From NCBI GenBank assembly GCA_964014945.1, contig CAXHCC010000003.1, positions 1 through 35,528 of the forward strand: a stretch of 35,528 nucleotides of DNA, in the 5' to 3' direction. The notes beneath the pieces were generated by a model. The model was not told the origin of the DNA. It did no database searches and worked only from the letters and a program-made list of their open reading frames with translations. This document shows, one piece after another, positions 8,820 to 18,809 of this stretch. The translations under genes and the position numbers were made by a program. This stretch comes from an uncultured bacterium. Its GTDB lineage: Bacteria > Bacteroidota > Bacteroidia > 2-12-FULL-35-15. How positions within the stretch are numbered: position 1 is the first letter of the stretch; every line of letters starts with the position of its first letter.

Positions 8820-10010
8820 TTACTTTTTTAATTTATGTAGTTTTTTTGTGCCTTTGTACATTTCATATTTCATAAGCCTACACTCTAACGGTCCATTGTA
8901 CAACTTAATCTTTCTTGATGGTCGTAATCCTATATGTTTAAGCGCTTCAATATTGGAGCTAATTACCCAGCAATCGTAACCACTAAAGTTTTTCTTAAAC
9001 GCATCTCCAATTTGTTGGTATAACGCAAAAATATCGTCTTTATCCATTCGCTCTCCATAAGGTGGGTTACAAACCACTATTCCTTTTCCTACAGGAGCAA
9101 TAAAGTCCGCAATATTTCCTGTTGTTACTTTAACTATATCATCTACTTTCGCTAGTTTTACATTTTCCTTAGCCTTTTTACTCACATTTGGAGATAGTTC
9201 GTTGCCAATCAACTCTTGTTTGTGGTCGCTAATGCGGTTGATAGCTGAATCAAAAATTTTATTAAACAAATCCTCGTTAAATGGTAAAAATTCTGTCCAC
9301 GACTCAAACCCAAACCTATCTCTAAAGTAGCCCGGAGGGATATTGTTAGCCATTAAGCCTGCCTCAATCAATATTGTTCCAGATCCACACATGGGATCAA
9401 TAAATGTACTTCTTTTGTCCCAACCGGTGTGCATTACAATTCCTGCTGCTAGTACTTCATTGATGGGGGCAAGGTTTGTTTTATCTCGATAACCTCTTTT
9501 GTGTAGTGATTGTCCAGAGCTATCAATAGATAAAGTACATTCATTTTCAAAAATGTAAAGATTTAAACGCAAATCGGGTTCCTCTAGGTTTACTGATGGT
9601 CTTTCGTTATACCTTTCTCTAAACCTATCTACTATTGCATCTTTTGCTTTTTGCGATACGAATTGAGAATGTGTAAAATAATCGCTACTCAATACTGTAT
9701 CAATAGTAAGAGTTTGCGTAATGGTCATATACTTTTCCCAATCAATTTTTTTGATTTCCTTGTATAAGGATTCTTCATTGCTTGCTTTAAATGATGCAAT
9801 TGGAATTAATATTCGTAGCGCGGTTCGCAAACAGATATTGGCTTTATAAATAAAACCTAAGTCTCCGACAAACGATACGGCCCTGTTTAATGGCTTGATA
9901 TCTCGTGCTCCCAATTGTAATAATTCCTTTGCTAACAATTCTTCCAAACCATAGGTGGTTTTGGCAATTAACATCATTTCTCCGTTATTTTCCGCTTTAC
10001 TCACTGGCAA
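8820..10010 (-). CDS. THUMP-domain class I SAM-dependent rRNA methyltransferase (RlmL/YpsC-like)
   Basis: THUMP region, SLHKRGYR, APINEVLAA, DPMCGSGT and NPPYGER. Start uncertain (TTG 10010, GTG 10004 or ATG 9977). Confidence 0.9.
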   Translation of the reverse strand: MPVSKAENNGEMMLIAKTTYGLEELLAKELLQLGARDIKPLNRAVSFVGDLGFIYKANICLRTALRILIPIASFKASNEESLYKEIKKIDWEKYMTITQTLTIDTVLSSDYFTHSQFVSQKAKDAIVDRFRERYNERPSVNLEEPDLRLNLYIFENECTLSIDSSGQSLHKRGYRDKTNLAPINEVLAAGIVMHTGWDKRSTFIDPMCGSGTILIEAGLMANNIPPGYFRDRFGFESWTEFLPFNEDLFNKIFDSAINRISDHKQELIGNELSPNVSKKAKENVKLAKVDDIVKVTTGNIADFIAPVGKGIVVCNPPYGERMDKDDIFALYQQIGDAFKKNFSGYDCWVISSNIEALKHIGLRPSRKIKLYNGPLECRLMKYEMYKGTKKLHKLKK

Positions 10011-10377
10011 TAATATTAAATGGTGTTGTGATAAGTAGTTTAAAGTTTTCTCCCTCTTGTTTCATGTTGTCATTGGTATAATACCAGTTGACATTAACTG
10101 CGCTTTTGTTTTGTTGGTGAAGGTTTTCCATAAGCATTATTAAATCCAACAAGTATTTGGCAGAATCATTTGTAATATACGTTAGTTGAATGTTAAGTAA
10201 GGTGTCTTTTTGTGGTTGTAAAGAATAGGCTTGACTTGCTTCAAATAACGGTTTATAAAAGGTTTTAGCATCGTCCATGGTTGAATTTCCGGTTATTGTC
10301 AATGTTCCATCTGTGGTGTCAAACGCAACCTTTGGGCTTAGTTTACCTTCTTTTATAAATAGGTCTTTCATAATCAT
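9997..10377 (-). CDS. DUF1987 / SiaC-family protein (divergent)
   Basis: Pattern SPKVAFD..GTLTITGNS...FYKPL...L.Y...SAK...VNWYY matches DUF1987. The core motif is degenerate (YITNDSAK). Confidence 0.75.
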   Translation of the reverse strand: MIMKDLFIKEGKLSPKVAFDTTDGTLTITGNSTMDDAKTFYKPLFEASQAYSLQPQKDTLLNIQLTYITNDSAKYLLDLIMLMENLHQQNKSAVNVNWYYTNDNMKQEGENFKLLITTPFNIIASE

Positions 10378-10380
10378 TAA

Positions 10381-11835
10381 TTATTGAATAATAACGATTT
10401 TCGAACAGATAACACTTTCATTATCCGATAAGTTTACGATATAACTGCCAGGCTTACAATTATTGCCAAGCAAAATTTCCTTTCTTGAATTACCCTGCTC
10501 CAATATAAACCCTTCTTCATACACCATAAGCCTATTCATATTAACTATTTTAATCCTTACAGCACACGTAGTTTTATTATCGGTTATTTTAAGTTCGAAT
10601 TTACCATTGTTAGGATTTGGGGATATGCTAATGTTTGACTTGTTATCAATTGTGTTAATTGCAGTTAAGTAACAATTTGTGGGTGGGAATAATATATGTT
10701 TTAAACTATCAAAATCAATATAACATGCCCAATTGGGGTTATCAATAAACGGGTTGCGATTTCCTTGGAGGGAGTCAATATAATCATTTCGTGCTATTTC
10801 TTTATTGTCAGGGGGATCATCGAAATGCCATTGTTTTAGTATTTTTTGCTCTTGTCCGTAAGCTATATTGTAACTGATCGAATCAGGTAAAGTCCATTTG
10901 TACCTAATTAATTGGTACATAATTGCTCGTGCTACATTGCCCTTAATTTCACCTCTTGGTTCATATACTATATTTCCAGATTCGTTTGCACCTAATTTTG
11001 CACTTAAGTATTCTTCTGATATTGTTTTAACTTCTCCAAGAGGGTAGTTGCTTCTCACTGCGTTTACCTGACTTTGATTTGTAAGCAATAAGGAATGGTA
11101 ATCACTGTATTCTGGTAATAATTCAAAATTATGTGTGTTGTACGATGGCATCCAACTTTTAGGGTAGGTGTGTTCTCTGCTAAAATTATCATTGGTCCAA
11201 TTTAATATGGAATCATACATTTTAATTTCTCCACTATAATCACATGTAATTGCACGTTTGTTATTTACTGTATCACGCGCTATAAATTTATGCACCATTT
11301 GGTTGGCATAGGTGTAGTAGCTTTGTTGCCTATGGTTAGTTAATTTTCTGTGTAAGTCTGATATAAAACTATTATTATAAGGAGAAATGCCCTTGTAATA
11401 ATCACTGGCAGCCATACTGCTTGGTGTAATCAAGCTTTTTTTTGCAATGTTAGTACTATTATAGTTGATAGAAGTTCCATTGCCATTAAATGCAAATACA
11501 GCAAAGTAATAAGCTGTATTACTTTGGATATTATTAGGAGCAATTATTGTATTGCTATCCGAAGAAATAACTTGCGCGTCACCTACGATATCACCTCGTT
11601 TATATGTTTTTCCGTCTACCGGTGTTGCAATAATATTAGGTGCCGATTTGCGAAGTATTAAATAGCCATCACAGCTATTAGCGGTATCTAAATGTAGTTG
11701 CAAAATAACCCTAAACGTTTTATTGCTAACAATTGATATACTGTCCACATTCAAAGAAGGCTCAGGTGCTAATTGAGCATGGCAAATTTGTGCGATGTGT
11801 ATTAGTATAAACCATGTTAATACATGTTTTCTCAT
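10381..11835 (-). CDS. Secreted endonuclease I (His-Me finger, EndA/Bsn-like) with an N-terminal FN3-like domain and a T9SS type A C-terminal sorting domain
   Basis: Signal peptide; REHTYPKSW, SDYHSL, NAVRSNYP, KGNVARAIMY, RN...QGNRNPFID; C-terminal ISPNP...GSYIV...KIVIIQ. Confidence 0.9.
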   Translation of the reverse strand: MRKHVLTWFILIHIAQICHAQLAPEPSLNVDSISIVSNKTFRVILQLHLDTANSCDGYLILRKSAPNIIATPVDGKTYKRGDIVGDAQVISSDSNTIIAPNNIQSNTAYYFAVFAFNGNGTSINYNSTNIAKKSLITPSSMAASDYYKGISPYNNSFISDLHRKLTNHRQQSYYTYANQMVHKFIARDTVNNKRAITCDYSGEIKMYDSILNWTNDNFSREHTYPKSWMPSYNTHNFELLPEYSDYHSLLLTNQSQVNAVRSNYPLGEVKTISEEYLSAKLGANESGNIVYEPRGEIKGNVARAIMYQLIRYKWTLPDSISYNIAYGQEQKILKQWHFDDPPDNKEIARNDYIDSLQGNRNPFIDNPNWACYIDFDSLKHILFPPTNCYLTAINTIDNKSNISISPNPNNGKFELKITDNKTTCAVRIKIVNMNRLMVYEEGFILEQGNSRKEILLGNNCKPGSYIVNLSDNESVICSKIVIIQ

Positions 11836-11970
11836 GAATTTAGGTTATATATTTTAAGTTATTTGTACGTGAAATTACGCGAATTAGCGGATTACCCATG
11901 AATTATATCTATATTTTGGATAAGGCGTACGTGATAATTTCTTAATATTGAAGGCCTAAACTTAATTGTT

Positions 11971-13926
11971 ATGGCTTCAAGCGGACATAGTCATTCACAC
12001 AAACTATCAGCAGCAGGTTTACTGGTTACCTTGGGTATCATTTTTGGGGATATTGGTACTTCTCCCTTATATGTACTTAAAGCAATTGTAGGAGAGTCGG
12101 CAATTAGTGAAGTTGTTGTGCTGGGAGGGCTTTCTTGTGTGTTTTGGACCTTAACCTTACAAACAACAATAAAGTATGTGTTGCTTACCTTAGAGGCGGA
12201 CAATAAAGGGGAGGGAGGTATATTTTCATTATATACTTTGGTAAAACGTACTAAAGTAAAGTGGTTAATGCTACCTGCCATAATTGGTGGTAGTGCTGTG
12301 TTGGCTGAGGGTATAATAACTCCACCAATTTCTGTGTCCTCAGCTATTGAAGGGCTAAGGATGATTCCAAGTTTGGAACATATTCATCATTACACTGTTC
12401 CGATTGTAATCCTAATTATTTTTCTGCTATTCCTAATTCAACAGTTTGGTACCAAAAATATTGGGAAAATGTTTGGTCCAATCATGATGGTTTGGTTTGT
12501 GATGCTTGGCACATTGGGAATTATACACCTGTCTGACAATTGGGGAGTATTAAAAGCCTTAAATCCATATTATGGTTATGAGTTGTTGGTGCTGCATCCA
12601 GGAGGTTTTTGGGTGTTAGGTGCCGTGTTTTTATGTACCACCGGTGCAGAGGCTTTATACTCAGATCTGGGGCATTGTGGCAAAGAAAACATTCGTGTAA
12701 CATGGGGGTTTGTGAAACTTACTTTATTGTTAAATTACTTTGGGCAAGGTTCATGGTTACTTTCTCACACTGGTGAATTATTGCATAATACAACTCCATT
12801 TTATGCGTTAATGCCTGAATGGTTTTTGCCTATTGGCATTGGTGTTGCTACGGTAGCTACAATTGTGGCTAGTCAAGCATTAATTAGTGGCTCGTTTACA
12901 ATAATTAATGAAGGTATTCGGTTGGGCTTAGGTCCTAAAGTGAGGATTAAGTATCCTAGTATGTTAAAAGGTCAATTATACATTCCGTTTGTTAACTGGG
13001 CATTGTGTTTAGGTTGTATTATGATTGTACTTTACTTTAAAGAGTCTTCTAAAATGGAAGCTGCCTATGGGTTAACGATAATATTAGGTATGTTAATGTC
13101 TTCTCGATTACTTACCTATTTTATGATGATTAAGCACTATTGGAAACCATTAATTTGGGCCTTTATCGTTATTTATCTTATTGTTGAAGGTGCATTTTTG
13201 GTTTCTCAAATGGATAAGTTTATCCATGGAGGTTGGATTAGTCTTACAATTGCGGCTGTGTTAACCTTAATGATGTTAGCATGGAGGTATGCTCGAATAA
13301 TTCGGGACAGATACCTTGATTTTGTTAAGATTGATGATCACTTACCGCAATTAGAGGATTTAAGTAAAGATTTAAGCGTACCAAAATATGCTACACATTT
13401 GGTATATTTAACCAATGCGGCTAAAAAAGATGAAATTGAATCAAAAATTATTTACTCTATATTTCAAAAACAGCCTAAGCGTGCCGATATTTATTGGTTT
13501 GTGCATGTAGACGTAGTGGATGAGCCTTATACAATGGAGTATAAGGTAAGTGAGTTTATTCATGATGATGTAATACGGATAGACTTTTCATTAGGTTTTA
13601 GAGTTGCTCCGAAAATAAATTTAATGTTTAGAAAAGTGGTGGAGGATATGGTGAAGAATAACGAAGTGGATATTCGCAGTAGGTATGCGTCTTTGTACAA
13701 GAACAATATAATTGGTGATTTTAGATTTATCGTAATAGAGAAGTGTTTGTCGTATGAAAACCAACTTCCGTTCTATGAGAAGTTTGTGTTGGATGTATAT
13801 AACTTGCTTAAAAGGCTGGCCATGTCAGAGGAAGAAGCCTTTGGTTTGGATACAAGTTCTGTTACCGTTGAAACGGTTCCAATGCTGGTAACTCCTCCAA
13901 AAGCTATTAAGTTAAAACGTGTTTGA
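11971..13926 (+). CDS. kup: KUP/HAK/KT family potassium transporter
   Basis: GDIGTSPLY, ADNKGEGG, TGAEALYSDLGH, ASQALISG and GQLYIP, with about 12 TM segments plus a cytoplasmic tail. Confidence 0.97.
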   Translation: MASSGHSHSHKLSAAGLLVTLGIIFGDIGTSPLYVLKAIVGESAISEVVVLGGLSCVFWTLTLQTTIKYVLLTLEADNKGEGGIFSLYTLVKRTKVKWLMLPAIIGGSAVLAEGIITPPISVSSAIEGLRMIPSLEHIHHYTVPIVILIIFLLFLIQQFGTKNIGKMFGPIMMVWFVMLGTLGIIHLSDNWGVLKALNPYYGYELLVLHPGGFWVLGAVFLCTTGAEALYSDLGHCGKENIRVTWGFVKLTLLLNYFGQGSWLLSHTGELLHNTTPFYALMPEWFLPIGIGVATVATIVASQALISGSFTIINEGIRLGLGPKVRIKYPSMLKGQLYIPFVNWALCLGCIMIVLYFKESSKMEAAYGLTIILGMLMSSRLLTYFMMIKHYWKPLIWAFIVIYLIVEGAFLVSQMDKFIHGGWISLTIAAVLTLMMLAWRYARIIRDRYLDFVKIDDHLPQLEDLSKDLSVPKYATHLVYLTNAAKKDEIESKIIYSIFQKQPKRADIYWFVHVDVVDEPYTMEYKVSEFIHDDVIRIDFSLGFRVAPKINLMFRKVVEDMVKNNEVDIRSRYASLYKNNIIGDFRFIVIEKCLSYENQLPFYEKFVLDVYNLLKRLAMSEEEAFGLDTSSVTVETVPMLVTPPKAIKLKRV

Positions 13927-13944
13927 TAACACGGTTACTAAAGG

Positions 13945-15534
13945 TTAAGGACACTTTTTTGATTCTTCGCTTTCCAAAAACTTTAGGGCATTTTTGTTGT
14001 TAGTGTCAAGTGCTTTAATTTTCATGAAATACGGTTTGGCTTTACATATTTGTTTGTTGTTTATATGATAAACACCTAAATAAGTATAGGCCTCAATTTT
14101 AGGTTTTCGCATTCTTGCAGAACTGTTATCTTCAATAAGTTCCAATACTTTTTCATACATGGGTTTAGCAAGCCAATTCTCATTGTTTTTATCTATTTGA
14201 GATAAAGTCCTCGCACGCCATAAGTAGCTTAAATGCAATGTTGGTTTAAGCCTTGCAATATTCTTAAAAATAGAGTCGGCATTTTCAAACTCCTTTGCTT
14301 TATAATATGCTTTTCCAAGTGCAAAGTTGTCCTTTAAGTTGTTTGGTGATGCATTTATATTTCTTACCAACAAATCAATTGCTTCTGGGTATCTTTTCAT
14401 CTTCATGAAAGATTTTGCAACTTCTCTGTTTAATACCAAATCATTAGTGTCGCTTTCTAAAGCAATTTTAAAATCTAATAAAGCCAATGAATCGTATCCA
14501 TTTTGGGCAAGTAGTTTTCCTCGGTAAACATGGTCTTTATTAATAATTTTAAAGCTTATATTTGTTTGTGCTAGCTCAAACATTTTATTAATACTTACGA
14601 GTCCTTCCTCATGTTTTCCAGCTTCAAACTCGGAATAGGCTTTGTATCTATAGGTAAACGGTTTTAGAGAGTCGCATTCCAAGGCTTTAGTAGCTGCAAT
14701 TATTGACTCTTCATACATCTCGGACCTATTTAAAAAACCAGCATACCTCCCTCGCGCACCGCAATCATCATTTAATTGTAAATAGTGCTTATAACTGTTT
14801 ACAGCCAATGTGAATTTTTTTGCCCTAAAATAAATTTCCGCTAATTCTCTATGTGCCGGTGCAAAGTTCGAGTCAATAGCTAGCGCTTCTTTATACATAT
14901 TTACGGCTGGTGAAAAGCTCTTTCCTAGGCTATATAATTGCCCTTGCCTTAGTATGCCAACTATCGAGTTTGGGTTTATGCTAACCGCTTTCTGATAATA
15001 TAAAATGGCTTTGCTACCATCGTTTTTCTTTAATGCAATATCTCCACGTAACAGGTATAGTTCCTCATTATTTGGATTGGAAGTCTCCACCATACTTAGG
15101 AGTTTTTCGGCTTCTTGAAAATCGTGATGTTCAGATCTGATGTACAGTTCTGCAATTTTCAATTGTACAGTTGTTTTCTTGTTGTTGGGTAAGGTTTTCG
15201 CTTTGTACAATACGGTATTAGCGCTATCATATTGAGTTCTATCCCAAAGAATTTTTCCTAAGCCTATATAGCAAAAAGGGTTTGTTGTATTTACATCTAT
15301 TCCTTTATTATAAAATTCAAGAGCCTTAGCGGTTTGCTTGTTTTGGTAATAGTTTTCACCTGCGTAAAAGTAAATTTCTCCGTTTTGAGGGTTTTCTTGA
15401 ATTAGTTTATCAAAAACTTTTTCGGCTTTGTCAAACTGTTCGTTTTTAGTAAGCTTAATAGCATCTTCCAAGGTTTGTGTATTTCCTTGATACACACTTG
15501 TTATTAATAAAATTAATACTAGAATGTTTTTCAT
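13945..15534 (-). CDS. Exported tetratricopeptide-repeat protein
   Basis: N-terminal signal peptide and many TPR-like helical repeats; last gene of the exbB-tonB operon. Confidence 0.88.
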   Translation of the reverse strand: MKNILVLILLITSVYQGNTQTLEDAIKLTKNEQFDKAEKVFDKLIQENPQNGEIYFYAGENYYQNKQTAKALEFYNKGIDVNTTNPFCYIGLGKILWDRTQYDSANTVLYKAKTLPNNKKTTVQLKIAELYIRSEHHDFQEAEKLLSMVETSNPNNEELYLLRGDIALKKNDGSKAILYYQKAVSINPNSIVGILRQGQLYSLGKSFSPAVNMYKEALAIDSNFAPAHRELAEIYFRAKKFTLAVNSYKHYLQLNDDCGARGRYAGFLNRSEMYEESIIAATKALECDSLKPFTYRYKAYSEFEAGKHEEGLVSINKMFELAQTNISFKIINKDHVYRGKLLAQNGYDSLALLDFKIALESDTNDLVLNREVAKSFMKMKRYPEAIDLLVRNINASPNNLKDNFALGKAYYKAKEFENADSIFKNIARLKPTLHLSYLWRARTLSQIDKNNENWLAKPMYEKVLELIEDNSSARMRKPKIEAYTYLGVYHINNKQICKAKPYFMKIKALDTNNKNALKFLESEESKKCP

Positions 15535-15536
15535 AA

Positions 15537-16433
15537 TTAATTAGTATTTATTTCTACAATACGTTGTGGTGGAAACGAAGGTACTAAGCCTTGCTTTAAA
15601 ATGAGCAACTGTCCCTTACTTCCAGCAACAAATGATACAAATCCCATACCAAGTCCGGCACGCGTTTGCCTGTTTATCATATAAATACTTCTACTTAAAG
15701 GATATTGCTTTGTTTTTATATGTGCAGGGTAGGGTTTATACGCGGTTTTACCTTTAGCTTCACTTATGCCCAATATTTTTATTTCACTTAACAATGTGTC
15801 GTTTTTTCTGTCATCCTTATCACTAATATGGTTAAGCGCAATAATTCCTAATGCAGATGGAGCGTTTGAAATATAATTGATGACTTCTTTTTCATTTTGC
15901 ATTGCGTAAACGTTAGCTCCAAAACTCCCCCCTAATAGTAGGCTATCCTTGATATATGTACTGTTTGCAGATAGGGGGTTGTCTAGCACCACTTCAACTT
16001 CCTCCTTACCTTCTACTATCTGTTTTAGTGAAGTAATACTCATATTTTTGAGTGGGTTATTTTTGTTGGCAATAATTACCACTGCGTCATCTGCAATTTT
16101 TGTGCTAATAGGGTATATGTTGTTTGAAGAAAACACTTTTTCCTCCTTGCCACTTAAAGGGCTTCCACGCACTATTACTTTACATGAATCATTTAAAAGT
16201 AGAGCTAGCAGTTGTTCAGATAGTACATAGTCAACATTAATAGTAGCATTGGTGTATATAGCTTCAAAAGTGTTACGTTGTGCTTCTATAATGTTTTCAA
16301 AATTCTTAGCAGCAGCAATTTTAACGTTGCCTGCAGTGGTAGTGTCTGTCGGGTTATTGCCAGTGTGGCATGAGCCTACTAGGATGGAAATAAGAATAGC
16401 AAAATGAATGTTTCCTGGAACTTTCATTAGCAT
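15537..16433 (-). CDS. PstS-like (PBP2 fold) substrate-binding lipoprotein
   Basis: Lipobox ILVGS-C; DAVVIIANKNNP, ALGII and YPLSRSIYMI, typical of PstS-like proteins. No pstCAB genes nearby. Confidence 0.82.
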   Translation of the reverse strand: MLMKVPGNIHFAILISILVGSCHTGNNPTDTTTAGNVKIAAAKNFENIIEAQRNTFEAIYTNATINVDYVLSEQLLALLLNDSCKVIVRGSPLSGKEEKVFSSNNIYPISTKIADDAVVIIANKNNPLKNMSITSLKQIVEGKEEVEVVLDNPLSANSTYIKDSLLLGGSFGANVYAMQNEKEVINYISNAPSALGIIALNHISDKDDRKNDTLLSEIKILGISEAKGKTAYKPYPAHIKTKQYPLSRSIYMINRQTRAGLGMGFVSFVAGSKGQLLILKQGLVPSFPPQRIVEINTN

Positions 16434-16627
16434 TAAGCTCTGTTCTTTTTTTTAAAAATGTAATACCTGAAAATGGCGTAGAAAATAAATACAACTCCTA
16501 AAGGCTTACGGTAAACAGTAACATAGGAATTGCCAAAATCGGTAAATAAAAACGATAGCCCCATTAACAAATAAACAACAGCCATTCCCAAACTAAAATA
16601 GGCCATACTGCTTGTTTGATTTTTCAA
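16433..16627 (-). CDS. Small two-TM membrane protein
   Basis: 64 aa, two hydrophobic helices and a basic C-terminus. Lies 11 nt after tonB and overlaps the next start by 1 nt. Confidence 0.75.
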   Translation of the reverse strand: MKNQTSSMAYFSLGMAVVYLLMGLSFLFTDFGNSYVTVYRKPLGVVFIFYAIFRYYIFKKKNRA

Positions 16628-16638
16628 GGCAAGTAGTT

Positions 16639-17472
16639 TTATCTAAGTTCAAATTTAACTCTGGAAGAATACCTCACTCTTACGGGTGTTCCGTTGTTTT
16701 TACCTGGAGTGAATTTTGGAAGCGATTTAATAACCCTAACGGAGTTTTCGTCACATTTCTTACATCCTGGAACACCTTTAACAACTGTTACTTCTCCAAT
16801 GGTGCCATCTTTTTCTACAACAAAATATAAATAACAAGTTCCTTCAATTCCAGAATCATATGCAATTGCTGGATATTCTGTATTTCTTTGAATATAGCTA
16901 AGCAGGGCTTCATCACCTCCAGGGAATTTTGGCATTTCTCCAACGAACATATGAATGGTATTGTCTTCTTGTTCAACTACTCCATCACCGTACTCATCCA
17001 AAAGTGAAAAGTCATCATCATCACCTTCTACATCATTTGTTACAGCCGCAATTTGCGTTAAGTCTTCATCTTCTTGGATAGGTATTTCTTCTTCCTCTTC
17101 CAAAATTTCCTCGTCTTTTACAACAGGAGGTGTAAACTTAATTGTTTTGATTAAGGGTGGAGGAGGCGGTGGTGGTGCTGGTTCAGGCTCTTTTTCATCA
17201 ATTGGTGGGGGAGCCATTAAATCAACTGTAGTTACCGTAAGTATTTCGTTAGCATCATCGCTACTACTGTTTATTAAGTTAACGATTAATGGTGTGCCCA
17301 CGAGGATTATAAAAAACGAACTTGCAATTAATAGACCTAACCCAAGGTTTTTATTGTGATTAACTCTGAGATAATAGGCTCCATATAGCTTGTTCTTGTT
17401 TTCAAAAACAAGTTCATTGCGCTTTTCTGCAACAACATTTTCCCAATTATTTGCAAATGTTTCTTTATTCAT
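16639..17472 (-). CDS. tonB: Energy transducer TonB
   Basis: FENKNKLYGAY N-terminal motif typical of Bacteroidota TonB, a single TM, a Pro-rich linker (PEPAPPPPPPP) and a TonB_C domain (MPKFPGG...YP...FVVEKDG...F.PGK..G.PVRV). Confidence 0.93.
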   Translation of the reverse strand: MNKETFANNWENVVAEKRNELVFENKNKLYGAYYLRVNHNKNLGLGLLIASSFFIILVGTPLIVNLINSSSDDANEILTVTTVDLMAPPPIDEKEPEPAPPPPPPPLIKTIKFTPPVVKDEEILEEEEEIPIQEDEDLTQIAAVTNDVEGDDDDFSLLDEYGDGVVEQEDNTIHMFVGEMPKFPGGDEALLSYIQRNTEYPAIAYDSGIEGTCYLYFVVEKDGTIGEVTVVKGVPGCKKCDENSVRVIKSLPKFTPGKNNGTPVRVRYSSRVKFELR

Positions 17473-18109
17473 TTGTTTTTTGCATACCAGCCATTAATGC
17501 TAATTCTTGCTTCATTGGTTCAACCACCGCATACTTGCCTATATTGCAAATGTTTAATTCGTCTATTACGTCTATTACGTTCTTATATGTGGCCCTTTCA
17601 TTGGCTTTTACCAATACGGTTAGCGCTCCTTTCTTCTTTTTAGCCATAGTAACTAGTTCTTTATAAGTACTGTCACTAATTTCTCTAGCCTGAAAGCGTT
17701 CTTTAACAATATCAATTTCATCTACGGTTGATTTGTTCTTTTCCAATAGCAATTCATGCAAACCGTCAATAGCGTAGTTGGTTTTGTTTAAAACAGTTGG
17801 AGTAGCCTTTTTTACATTGTTCTCTGGATAAAATTCACCGTAGTAATAATAAATGTTGTCTTCGCCACCCAATAAAATGGTTAATGCATTGTTTACTTTA
17901 ATGTTTTTTGTGGAGTCAACATCTTCTTTTGGAAATGCTAATTCCATTGCTTTTGGTTTATTGAATGTAGATGTAAGTACAAAAAATGTAAGTAGCAAAA
18001 AGGCCAAGTCCACCATAGGTGTCATGTCAATTTTAGTAGACGCCTTTTTCGCTCTCCTTTTATTGTGCTTGCCACCAGAATTTCCCTGATCTGTATTTAC
18101 CTCTGCCAT
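17465..18109 (-). CDS. exbD: Biopolymer transporter ExbD/TolR (second copy)
   Basis: IDMTPMVDLAFLLLTFF TM motif with the conserved Asp; C-terminal VKANERATYKNVIDVIDEL. Confidence 0.92.
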   Translation of the reverse strand: MAEVNTDQGNSGGKHNKRRAKKASTKIDMTPMVDLAFLLLTFFVLTSTFNKPKAMELAFPKEDVDSTKNIKVNNALTILLGGEDNIYYYYGEFYPENNVKKATPTVLNKTNYAIDGLHELLLEKNKSTVDEIDIVKERFQAREISDSTYKELVTMAKKKKGALTVLVKANERATYKNVIDVIDELNICNIGKYAVVEPMKQELALMAGMQKTNE

Positions 18110-18113
18110 TGCT

Positions 18114-18782
18114 TTAATCTAATTCCTCTTCTTCACCCTGTTCTAAGTTGGTGATAAGGTTAAATCGAAATATATCTTTGCTTGTAAATATTTTTATAAT
18201 CTTTTTAACGTCGGCGTATTTGGTTTTAGCATCTGCTTTTATGGCAAATCGTAAGGGTTCACGCACAAATTCTCCGCCTGCATCCTCAATCTGTTCCTTA
18301 TTACCTTTTGCTTGTCGCGCTTCTTCCATTCGTCCATAATGTATCCAATCACTCAATTCATTATTTAATGAGTCAGCAGGAATTCCAGGAGAAATTACTT
18401 TATCTCTTTTTTCCTTACTCATATTGATGTACTCTTTTAACTGACTCATTGGTATTCCAAAACTTGTCATGGTTGCAAATGTTGCCTTTTCTTGCTCAGT
18501 AAAGGATACATCGTATTTCTTTCCCATTTTCTCCAAAGCTTTTGTTCTTACCAAGGCATTGTTAAAATTGTAAAATGCTTTTCCTTCTTTGTCAATTGAA
18601 ATAAGCATAACATTATGTGGTAATATTTTATCTGCTATGGAGGAAGGCGGATCAATAATCGCGGGTTCCTTAATTCGGGAAGTAGCGGTTAGCATAAAAA
18701 AGGTAACCAACAAAAATGCCAAATCCACCATTGGCGTCATGTCCAATGATGGTGAGCTTTTGGATGCCGAAGATTTAGCCAT
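18114..18782 (-). CDS. exbD: Biopolymer transporter ExbD/TolR (first copy)
   Basis: LDMTPMVDLAFLLVTFFML; C-terminal IKADAKTKY...FNLIT. Confidence 0.92.
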   Translation of the reverse strand: MAKSSASKSSPSLDMTPMVDLAFLLVTFFMLTATSRIKEPAIIDPPSSIADKILPHNVMLISIDKEGKAFYNFNNALVRTKALEKMGKKYDVSFTEQEKATFATMTSFGIPMSQLKEYINMSKEKRDKVISPGIPADSLNNELSDWIHYGRMEEARQAKGNKEQIEDAGGEFVREPLRFAIKADAKTKYADVKKIIKIFTSKDIFRFNLITNLEQGEEEELD

Positions 18783-18809
18783 GTTATTAGGTGTAATCTA
18801 CCGCTATAA

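Noticed and set aside
11836-11970. c-di-AMP (ydaO) or other riboswitch upstream of kup
   Set aside because: The region is short, AT-rich and shared with a divergent gene; no recognisable conserved aptamer or terminator.
15537-16433. A Pst phosphate ABC transporter locus
   Set aside because: No pstC/pstA/pstB/phoU genes in the window; only the binding-protein fold is present.
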